From Phoronis australis (lineage: Eukaryota; Animalia; Phoronida), in the NCBI GenBank assembly GCA_002633005.1, contig NMRA01000835.1:63774-127773 (forward strand): DNA of 64,000 bases, written 5' to 3'. Made by a program: the position numbers and the translations under genes. The notes under the pieces were generated by a model, which saw nothing but the letters and a program-made list of their open reading frames with translations, had not been told where the DNA came from and ran no database searches. Positions 13,901 through 23,800 of this stretch are shown here, in pieces; the first letter of the stretch is position 1, and the number at the start of each line of letters is the position of its first letter.

Positions 13901-16900
13901 CACAACCAATCGCTCCATTTCCTGTTGTGCTTCACCACCACTTTTACCAGATACACTGCCATTTGTCATGAGCAAGTTTTGAGCATCAGTTGTTTTGTCA
14001 TCCCCACTTCTGTCCAACGCCAACTTTTCCTGTGATATTGCTGTCACATTGGGACTGTCTAAATAACGGTCATCGGAATGAGAGTCTACATCACCATGAC
14101 AACTTGTGATATGCTGTGAGTCGCAGTTACCCGAGTTGTTATGCAGCAGGGACTGACTATTGCCACACACTGGGAGATCATCACTAACAGCAGCACCTGA
14201 CACACTCTCTGTCTGTTGAACACAACCAGTTTCAGCTAAATGATGAGGAATACTTCCACCTGCAGCAAATTTGCAGAGAGGACATAAACACAGCTTTGAA
14301 GACATAAACAACAAAACTGAGAACAGTTCACGTCATGACTAAAAATCTAGAAAAACTACACAACAAAGTGTGATTTTAACTTGCCATACACATCACTTTT
14401 ATCAAAGGTTGGCAAATGTTCAGCAGACATGCAGTCACTGAAATATATTTATTATATAAATTATCGTTATGCAAATTATCTACTCATTACACTCACATTA
14501 GTAAATATGAATTTTGGGCATCCCATTTTTCTTGTTTAGTTAGTTCTCATATTTTGTTTAGCTCGGGTATCAATTTACAGCAACTGACTACACACATTCC
14601 AAGCAAGTACAGTTGGCATTAGTGATTACTACTATGCTCTATGAAGACTCATGCCACCCACACTCAAAATTACTGGTACAGACTCGTCAGCGTCATTTTA
14701 AACTGCATTTAATGACATGGAGAATTCACACACAGCTTTTTGCAGTTTCCTTTCTTTAATTCTTCCATATCTTTGAATTAATCTCAGACTGATTCACTTT
14801 CTATAGTCATCTAAAACATTTTGTAAATTTTAAAACTCTTTTGTCATCTTTTAGTTTCTTTACTGTTGATGAATTCAAACTGGTAATACAGATCTCCATA
14901 TCATGTGTAAGGAATTAAGGAAATTTAGGTTCAAACGCTGAATAAGTTCAAACTGATGTTTTTATTCCCTATGACTAAAACATTTTGATAAAATGACGTG
15001 CTCGAACTGTTAACTGCAACGAGAAGTTGTTGACAGAATCAGCCCATGTCCAGCCATCTTGCTTTTGGTGCATATACAATGACAAGCACAACGGACAAAC
15101 TAATCGAGTCTGTTTTTAAAACACAACAAACTCCAAGCTCTTGTTTAGTGCAGAAATCATTTCTAATCTGGTGGAGTAAGAAATTTAGACTAAATTTAAT
15201 CAATGGTAAGTGGTCTAAATAAAAAAATGAAAATGTGTGAGTGCATAGGAGCTTGAAGATGACAAAATAAATGCTGTCAGGAAACTGGCTTGGGCATTCC
15301 CACTTAGTTGTTTTCTTGATATTAGGATTTTCTTGAATGAATTGTTCACAAGAAGTGTTTATCAGTCACAGTAGTTCCAAGCAAATGGATTTCTCTTTGG
15401 CCTCCTACGGAATGGTTGAATTTGACCAGTTAGCATGACGTCACCTTGCAATTTATATGACCAACCACTGATCAAAAAAACTCTGCCCGACATTGTCACG
15501 ACTCATCAGTCAAGACTGATCAAGAACCCCGTCAATTTTGCTACATCTAGTCCTAGAATGAAAAGCAGTTTATGCTCTGATCACATTTGATTTAGGCCAG
15601 AACAGAAGCACGAACTTTAAAATTAGCGCATAAGTCATGTTGTGTACCAACTCATCTGTAGTGACTGTGAACAGTTTTACATTGGAATGACGAACAGGAT
15701 TCTTAGCATCAGAGCAAAAGAACACTGTAAAGACACACACAGTGCTGTTCTCAATCATTCCTTGACAACTGGTCACACTATAGATTGCTCTGGTGTTCAG
15801 ATCCTAGACAAGGATAATGCCACCCCCAGGTTCCTTATATAGGAGGCTATGCATATATGGTTGAATCATGCTGAGCGTTACCTCTATAGAAACATTGGTT
15901 CATTTGAGCTCCAATTGTTTTGATTTCTGGTCTCTCTCCCCCTCACAATGCATTTTTACGTGTACCTGTACAGTCCCTTCTGTACCTGTGTCGCCTGTTT
16001 TGAGTCTGTGAACTGTTTCCTTGACAATGGTTTAGAGTAATAAACCGAAACGTTGGATAGATATGTCGCTATTTACTTACGCGCTAATTTTAAAGTTTAT
16101 GCTTTACACCAAATGCTCTGCAAATGGCATGACAACTCGTCACTTACCTAAGTCCGACACTGGGTTGGGCAGCTTAACCCGATTCAGCTTGGCAGCTCTG
16201 CTCAGCACCAGTTGGGCCTCTCTGAATCTCTGTTGACTGATGAGCCAGCGTGGAGATTCGTCCACCAACCTGTGAAAGGAGGCAAGAAAAATATCAATTA
16301 AGAGCACACAGCAGTATGATCACTTCATCAGCACACTCAAAAGTTTTTGATAAAATAAAAATAAAGACAAAAATAGCACCACAGCATACCTTAGAAAACA
16401 TGATGTACTAACGTGCCTTATTTCACACCTCAATCCTTTGGCTGTACTTCAGGAGTAAGTTTTCTAAATATGCAAAACTGATAAAAATATCATGTGTCTT
16501 TTAATCATGTCTCTTGGTCAGTTGCTTCACCAATGTTCTGCTGAGCATTGAACTTTGTTCCGAGGATACGAACAGAACGTAATAAAGACTGTTAATAATG
16601 ACAAGTGTTGTGAATTTAATCAATCTTGCATACCTCAACATACTCCAACCTCAGCACCAGCTCCCGTATTGGGGCACTAGAAAGTATCTGCCAAAATCTA
16701 GTAACTGTACATGAAAATTGTAACCGTGAAACTATTAAGTAATGGACAAACAACCAAACACTAATGATCACAAAACCCTCACCATCTCTACTGGAAAAGG
16801 TATTGATAAAACATTTGCTACTGATGAAGCCAGGGGTACATTTAGCAAGGTTAGTATTTTGCAACTTGTGTAATTTTACGCCAGAGTGTGATTAAAATAC

Positions 16901-19485
16901 AGTACGCTCTCACTCACTAGTATATCTCAATATGCTTTTACCTTACAACTGAATATGCGAATATTTAAGCCCATGCACCTATATTTGAACCTATGCCTGT
17001 ATACTGAATTAGAAGATGCATAGTGGCAACATTTGAACAATCTAGTCAATATATTTTTGAAAAATAACCTCTTGCAAAACATACTGGTCAAACAGGCCTT
17101 ACTATTCCGTCCAATTTATGGGAAGCGAAAGTGAATTGGTTTAGTTACTCTATCAAATTAGATATTCAAGATGGTGGTCAAAACTGTGGACTCCTAACTT
17201 TTTAAACTTGAAAGTTAAGAAAAAAGATGCCCACCAGTAGTAAGATATCATGAGCAGAGTTGGCAGGCAGATGGCCAGCTCAAAGTGCCTCCAGTTGGGT
17301 AGTAGGAAGGCGACTACAGCTAGTGACATCAAACCCATGGCCCAAAAGAACTGGAGCGCGATGCCCGGCTTGGTGCGGAACTTGGGTGGCAAGACTTCAG
17401 TGAGCATGATGAAACTGATGATGCAATTTGTCTGGAAAGAAACAAGGCAACATAGAAGCAGACAACATAAGGTGCAATTTCTAAGCAACTATTAAATAGC
17501 TTCTATAAACAACATATCTAAAGCAGATGTTCAAATATGTGACTGAATGGTCAAGTGAATTGTATCCCACTCTGAACGAATACTTCTTCAACGAGGCTGA
17601 ATCACAAAACTGTGATTGGTCAATTAAAAGTTTTGTTCCTTTCACGCCTTTTTGTTTTGATAAAAAGAAGACCAGACAAACCATTTTTTCTCATGACAGT
17701 TAGACAAAATAGAGCCATGTTCAAGGCTATTTTCACAAGAAATGCTAAACTTTACAATCAATCTCAAATAGGCTAGACCTGACACTACAATAAACAAAAC
17801 ATTAATTCTACTCTTTTGTTTTGACTTCCATGACTGAAACTGACACAAGCTCCACTATCACAACCATACAGACACCAATATTGAACCACTACTGCAGTTT
17901 CTGCAGGATAAGCACAGAAAGAGTTATAATGAGGATCACAAAATGAAAACTACCCACTGACGCCTGACAAGGTGTCGTCTTGTAAATCATCTCAAGCTAT
18001 GATAATAATAGAAATGAGGCTAAATAGCTTAATTCCCTTAGTTTTTTCTTAAACATTTAGGGGGACACCTGTTTTACTAAAAAAAGATAATCTATATTAC
18101 TGAAGAAATGTAAATGTCTCAAATTACGGAAATGCTTTCAGTGGGGAAAAACTTTTCTCTAGACAAAAATTGTTTGAAACTTTTGCCATTTCCCATGAAG
18201 TTTTCTTGAACGATGAATCCTTATTATACTCTTTACCTGATACTGTAGCAAGGTAACTGTTTCACTTTTATGGCCTGTAGCATGAAGGTACTCACTCTGT
18301 GTAGGGCGCCAATAAAAAAACGAAGGACGGTGAATTGTATGTAGTCCTGTGTATATGCCAGGCCAAAAGCTAGAATTGTTCTGATGGCCAGGGATACTAG
18401 AAGCACCATTTTTCGTCCAAATTTGTCGGAGAGTGGAGAAACCATCAGAGAGCCAGCCATCAGGCCAGCAACAAACACAGAAGAGGACAAGTCTACAATA
18501 TAATCCTCGCTGCACACTAACTGCCACTGAAAAATACATGAACAAATAAGTATAGTCATGCGTTATCTACAATGAAAATTTACACACTTCAAGACAATCC
18601 ACTGACGGCATACATGTGCGAAAGTCCGTTCCTGAAGCTACTAGGTAATAGAGTTTACTTAGCGTGTCAGAGCTGTTCCGCTTAAGTCTTCTCCCAGACT
18701 GTGACGTGAAAAAGTAAACAATAACTATTCTCCATTGTCTAAGAGTAAAAACTCACAGTTTACGAATCGAAAATGCAAGCTGGCTAAAAGGTGGTGCTTA
18801 ATGGGGAAGGGTGTAGTGAACTGTAATTTATTAGATGAATGTCTGATGGAAAACTATTCTAGTGTCATTAACACGATGCATTTTTTAAATGTCTTTGTCT
18901 CACGAATTTCAACTATTCAAGGCCTGTTGGCAAATAAGTGTTTGTTCAGTATACAATTGTCATGTTCTCTATTAGGGTTTCTGTTGTTACCTAAGTGACT
19001 ATTCAAATCAATGATTGAACTATGTTCAATATATAGTCCCCGAAATCCCTAAGATTACATCGTGGCCATTTGGCACTATGTAAATGAAAGAAATTTTGTT
19101 CACCTTATTGTTTTTTTCGAACAATGCAAGTACTGAGCTAACAAACGTCTCGACTGCTGTCAAAAGTTCTTACCTCTGAAACAATTGTTTCAGCACCAGG
19201 GTCTTTCACAAAAGTCCAACCTTGAGCACAGGACATTGCGTCCTCTACACTGTGGTTAGAATACACATTAGAACATTGTGTAGCATTGACTGCAGACAGA
19301 ATTGTCGTAATGTTGTCATCAAGTTGGCCAGAACTCTTGCAGAAATAATCAAACTTTTCTCCAATAAAAACAATGCCAAGAAGATATCCACATTCCAGAA
19401 ACTGCACCAAGCCCATTAGGACAAATGTCAACTTCTGATAGCGTCCAAATCCACCTATGGCCTCTAAAGTGTCATCAAGATCCAT
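4709..19485 (-). CDS. SLC22 family (MFS) organic cation/anion transporter, 10 coding exons, about 675 aa
   Basis: join(19174..19485,18296..18526,17235..17431,16148..16269,13728..14259,12711..12845,10278..10363,8604..8724,5307..5379,4709..4927). All introns are GT-AG, phases are consistent, and the total is 2028 nt. Motifs: GGFGRYQ, TIVSEWQLVC, SDKFGRK, ESPRWL, NKYVNFFLSGAVELPAY, EIYPTNIR, MPET. Confidence 0.95.
5307..5379 (-). CDS. SLC22 transporter exon 9 (TM11)
   Basis: ttttcag|G NTAYGIASFWDTLGGMAAPFILYK|gtagga. Confidence 0.9.
5935..7185 (+). repeat. Helentron/HINE-like non-autonomous element with ~430-bp internal subrepeats carrying CCACTAGRKGGC motifs
   Basis: About 2.7 diverged copies (starts near 6020, 6465, 6860); begins acaagag and ends cagacagaga..aatatgcacccacata; homologous, in inverse orientation, to 39200-40220. 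Confidence 0.55.
8604..8724 (-). CDS. SLC22 transporter exon 8
   Basis: tttcag|..SGYDLSWLVTLLAMIGKFGITGSFCSLLLYSAEIYPTNIR|gtgaat. Confidence 0.92.
8812..8915. repeat. Dispersed repeat B (interrupted by MITE A)
   Basis: aatgtcgagtgggatattacttcatctacgccaatcaaga is the reverse complement of 48378-48420; the homology resumes at 10111-10128. Confidence 0.7.
8916..10110. mobile_element. Tc1/mariner-type non-autonomous DNA transposon (MITE A) spanning the assembly gap
   Basis: Perfect inverted termini taccgtaatcgttcgggttaacgccc / gggcgttaacccgaacgattacggta, TA duplication, subterminal gggcg(g/c)ttaa repeats. Confidence 0.85.
9038..9697. other. Assembly gap (660 N)
   Basis: Run of n preceded by a poly-G tract. 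Confidence 1.
10278..10363 (-). CDS. SLC22 transporter exon 7
   Basis: cttacag|G CGRCKPMCVFQILSGVANFVTVFIPNTT G|gtaaat; phases bridge exons 6 and 8. Confidence 0.88.
10791..10931 (+). mobile_element. tRNA-derived SINE (family S1), near full length
   Basis: A-box TAGCTCAGTGG, degenerate B-box ggttcaatt, body shared with 1005-1128. Confidence 0.75.
12711..12845 (-). CDS. SLC22 transporter exon 6
   Basis: tttccag|G MVNSLAYYGISLSTSDLAGNKYVNFFLSGAVELPAYVIVMFMLDG|gttcgt. Confidence 0.92.
13728..14259 (-). CDS. SLC22 transporter exon 5 (long polar central loop and start of TM7)
   Basis: Open 532-nt exon, gctgcag| acceptor and |gtaagt donor, phase 1->2 fits neighbours; ends MMKYTLIIYYLW. Confidence 0.8.
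15606..16103 (+). mobile_element. Penelope-like retroelement (PLE) 3' fragment: GIY-YIG endonuclease, pLTR and inverted tail
   Basis: VYQLICSDCEQFYIGMTNRILSIRAKEH....SAVLNH...GH.....ILDK.....*EAMHI is the PLE GIY-YIG signature. aagcacgaactttaaaattagcgcataagt (15606) is inverted at about 16072-16103. Confidence 0.85.
16016..16060 (+). ncRNA. Minimal type I hammerhead ribozyme (U3-A8 variant) in the PLE pLTR
   Basis: tcc-TTGACAA-t-ggttta-gagtaa-taaacc-GAAA-cgtt-gga: perfect 6-bp stem II, 3-bp stem I, at the position expected in PLE pLTRs. Confidence 0.6.
16148..16269 (-). CDS. SLC22 transporter exon 4
   Basis: ttcacag|G LVDESPRWLISQQRFREAQLVLSRAAKLNRV..|gtaagt. Confidence 0.93.
17235..17431 (-). 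CDS. SLC22 transporter exon 3
   Basis: tttccag|TNCIISFIMLTEVLPPKFRT...PNWRHFEL...YYW|gtgggc. Confidence 0.92.
18296..18526 (-). CDS. SLC22 transporter exon 2
   Basis: ttttcag|WQLVC...LSDKFGRK...LRFFIGALHR|gtgagt. Confidence 0.93.
19174..19485 (-). CDS. SLC22 transporter first coding exon
   Basis: MDLDDTLEAIGGFGRYQ...CAQGWTF...TIVSE|gtaaga; an acceptor ttttag|GTTATG 3 nt upstream implies a 5' UTR exon. Confidence 0.93.
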
Positions 19486-20399
19486 AACCTAAAACAACAG
19501 ATCTTAAACCTATATCAGAAGTTACACGCCCTAAAATGAATTGTTTCAACAGCTTAGAAAATCAACAGAGAAATTGAACTCGAGTAAAACCATAAAGTAC
19601 GACAGCTCTATTGTTGCTCAACTCATACAATTTTAAAGCAAGTGGTTCAATGCCAAATGGTTTCCTTTCGTTCTGCTATGTGGTAAAATAGATACCAGTA
19701 CTCCCCATCTGAAGACACATAAGAAGATGAAATTACTGACAGAGAAAATATTTAGCAAGTGACAACTACACTGGTAATTTCATAATAAAATATTGAAAAT
19801 ACAAATCTGATGTCTATGACAGGGCTTGGAATGACCCACGACAAAAAAGAAGAAAATTTCCAGGTGATTTGTTATTCTACAAATAAAATAGGCTCTATTT
19901 GACACAGAAATATTCTTAATGTTGTAAAATGCAAGAATAAAGTAAATATAAAAATAAAAAATAGATGAAGAAAGGACGAAACTGGAAATCAAATAAGAGG
20001 AAATTGAAACCAAAAACAAGGAAACCCTCTTAAAAGAGGAAAATTCCAAGCCCTGCTACCACTATGATCCACAATGCCAAGAAATCATGCCTTTGTCAAG
20101 TTGCAGCTGAAACTTATTAGGAAATCTCACACAATGCAATTTGGCAGAGCCCAGACTGTTTGATAGTCATACGCCTGTTAAATCTTCTTTTATACTTGAT
20201 CACTGTTGGTAGAAAAATGACATCTCTCAACGAATTGCATCAGCCACAGCACACTGGCATTCAGGCATTAGCAGCAGAACAACGGCATAACGCCATTTTT
20301 CCTACACCGTTAAATAGTTTAGTTTACTCAAGGAAAACTGTACTTTTTAATGACACTAATTTTGTGTCATATTTTATCTTACCACTTTTTTACCCACAC

Positions 20400-20745
20400 C
20401 GGCGCAAACTTGCAAAGCTGTATATTTACTAGTGTACAGCTTTGCGCCAAGGCTAAGACCGGCTAAGGCCAAGGGCAGATGAGCAGGTGGCGTTTGCAAG
20501 CACCGTGGCGGACGGAGGGAGCTCAGATGTCGATGTCAGTTGAATGAATGGCACTTTACCGCTACGGCGAGATAAACGTTGTCACAATGAACTGTCGAGG
20601 TGAAATTCCTTAGAGTGTAACTGGAACACGTCCACATGGTACGTTGCGAACACAAGTCACAAAACCGCAAGACTGTATAATCGTACCTCCAGTATTAAAG
20701 ATGTAGATAAGCCTCGTTGTGAAACAACAATAGGCAACATGGCGG
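20400..20745. promoter_or_regulatory. Putative bidirectional promoter for SLC22 and PSMD12
   Basis: Divergent start codons 1.25 kb apart; locally CpG-richer; YY1-like AACATGGCG overlaps the PSMD12 ATG. Confidence 0.45.
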
Positions 20746-20828
20746 ATACCGGTAGACTTCAGAAAATGGAAGTGGATTACAGTTCCACAGTTGATGAAAA
20801 GCTCCCACAATGTGAAAAACTGGTTCAG
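20739..20828 (+). CDS. PSMD12: PSMD12 exon 1
   Basis: [30 protein letters not shown]|gtatta. Confidence 0.93.
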
Positions 20829-23800
20829 GTATTAATGTCATTTCTAAATCCTGTGTGACACGGTTTTACCAGAATAGCCCTAATTTACATTTATTACAGC
20901 CTCGTAGTGTCGATCAGGCGAACTGTCTCAATTTTGCCGATTCATTCACTGCCAATGCCATGGGCTAGGCAATGACCATCGCCTCTGTTTGCCCGAACCA
21001 GAGGTGATGCAGCTCCTATAGGCGCTCCATACGCCGGAAGATTTTCGGCGAATTATGCCTCACACTGGCTAAAGCATGAAAGTCACGTTGTTATAAGTAC
21101 CTTTTGCGTATAGGGACACCTTGGGAGGTTGGCTCTGTGTTTAATTCCTTCCAACTCGAAGAAATACTTCCGTTATCAAACTTTTTGTTCGAACAGTCAC
21201 ACGTTCAGTTCCCAAAATCGTGAACTCACCATATTTATACTGCGCACGCTCCAATTTTTACCGCGCTCTAGTTCGGGCCAACAGAGGCGATGGTCATTGC
21301 CTATGCCATGGCTAGCTAGCCAGCTGTATGAAGACTGTCGTCAAAATACAGCTAGGTACCACTGTGTGTATTTCTTCCATAGACCCTGAAATTGCTCACA
21401 GCCAGGGTAGTTCTGCTTGTCAACTCACCATGAAACCTGTATCAACATGTAGAGCTAAAGACCTGACGGGGTGTATGCAAAATCTGAGAATCAAACGACA
21501 CTCATGTTGCCCGTTACATCCGTTTAAGTGGAAAACAATCTAATAAACGTCATTTTCTTGCATAATCATCCGCCGTTTCCAACAAAGAAAAGTTACATCG
21601 TATTGTTGTGAATGTTGGTTTGTGTGGTCTCGTCTTTCGTGTTGTCTCGTGTGTTCGTGTTCGTCCGTGGGTTTCCGTCAGTGGCTGGATGTTGTAAGTT
21701 CTAGTATTGTCATGTGACTGGGGAATCAGAGCTCTCTCTTCGTGTGGCCCTGCTGCACGCAGGACGTCTGCGTCTGTGGATCTTCATCTCAAGCGTGTAT
21801 TCAAGCTTTCATAGGAGTAAAGGTAAGCTGCACAAGAACCTGTGTATTAAATTACAACATTTGGCGTAGTTGCTACGTGCAGTTTCTACCTTTACACCGA
21901 GTGGCGCGTAGTTCAAAGTAACTTTGGTGAATTTGTTTTTCCTTGTCGCTCGGTTCCACCCGTGTCGTAGCGGTAGGTCACTGAACACGGGTGTTCATCT
22001 CTTTCGTTTATTACATTCTTGATTTTTCATTTTTGGTAAATATAATTGCTATAGGTATCATTTGTTTGGTATTTTTATTTACTATTTCAGTCTTTGCAGA
22101 CTTATTATTTTCCTTGTGCCACACCTATTTTTGGCACCTTATAATGACGTCCAATTTTGTTATCAATTCTTGTGAGGCTGAAACACTGTTGGACCTTCGG
22201 GGTATGACTACTGATGTTGCTGCTGCAGTTATGGACTTCAGAGCAATATTAGGTATTACTCCGGAGAATGTGTGCAAGATACATTCCAGTTGGAAGCCAA
22301 CCAAGACTGCGGAAGTCCATAGACTTTACAGTCCCATTTGGTCTGCCAAAAGATTTGGAGGAAGTAGTCGAGGTTTGTGACGAATATGGTAAGAAAACGT
22401 CATCAATACTTACCTCTAGCCCTGACAATTCATTTTCCAAGTTGGCAGCTAAACTGACTTCGTTGTCAAAGATTGCTAGGGGCGTTGCTTATGCAAAGAC
22501 TCATTCGCATACTAGCATGTCACCTATGCCCTCTGGCTCTGGCACTCATTACCTGTCACGTCTCCCACGCAACCTAATCTTTAGTGGCAAGTTAGGTACA
22601 TGGGAGGATTTTCTATGGAAATTCAGTAATGTTGCCCGAGACAATTTTTGGTCAGGTCAAAAATGTAGAACGGAGCTGTTCATGTGCTTGGAAGGTGATG
22701 CCTCTTGTTGGTTTTTCAACCATATTAAAGCTCATCCACACTCAAGTTTCGACCAAATTGTGGATCATATCACCTATCGTTTTGGGGCAGATGTCGAGTG
22801 CAATGAAGTGCACCAACTTAGGTTCTAGTCAGCCAAGCAAACTTCTGACGAGTCCTTAGAACAATGGGCTGATCGTCTTACAAGTTTATTCTTGTTGGCC
22901 TTTCCAGAGGGGAGGGACTCTGATGAAGCTCAGGTGGTTCTTCGATTCTGTTTAGGTCTACGGGATAGAGAGGTTGCGCAGTTGGCTATAAACAGTCGAC
23001 CAAGTACACTCATGGCTGCCTTGAATGCCGCTGGGTGGTTTTCAACAACCAAAGACTTGATAGCTACTTCCGGTTCACTGAAGTCGGTATCTTTTTGTAG
23101 AGAAGGAAATATGGAAGAAGATGAAATTGCTGTTCGCCAAGTAACCAAGAAGCCAGCTCTTAAGTTCATTCCTCGTGGCTCCTTAGAGTCTCGATTAGAC
23201 GTTCTTGAGGGCAGGTGCAATGACTTAGATGCGTCGGTTTCATTCCTTGTGACTGACAATGCTAAGCTTCATAAGAAGATGGATGAGTTAAAGTCTGACC
23301 TTTTAGAAAATCGGAGGGAAGTATCAAACAATTTTAACAAATTGTTTGCAATGTTATAGACACAGTCGCCGAAGCAACCTTCTCCATCTTCACCAAGAGT
23401 TTCACGGAGTTCATCTCTGGGAAGATCTTCTAATCCTCCTCCCAGGTGTTTCAGGTGTGGAAAGCTGGGTCATTATCAGTCGGCTTGTTGGAATTCTGTT
23501 TCAGCTCGTCGAATGAATTTTGATGATTCGCCAGTGCGGGCTGGGAGAAGAGGTCTAACCTCAACCCATACCAAATCTAAAGACCTCCCTGACAGTAACA
23601 AACTAGTTGGCCCGTTAGGTTTCTTGAAAAAATCAGTTCAGAAATTCATGAAACGTACTAGTTCGACTGAGGCTTTCCTTTCCAAGACAGCTGAGTCATC
23701 TACTCAGACTGCTGGTGAGTTCTCTGTACCTTCAACTGAAGATGATAGTACTGTATCTAATTCAGTAGATAGTATTGAAGTTCCAGACTCATCAGTTGAT

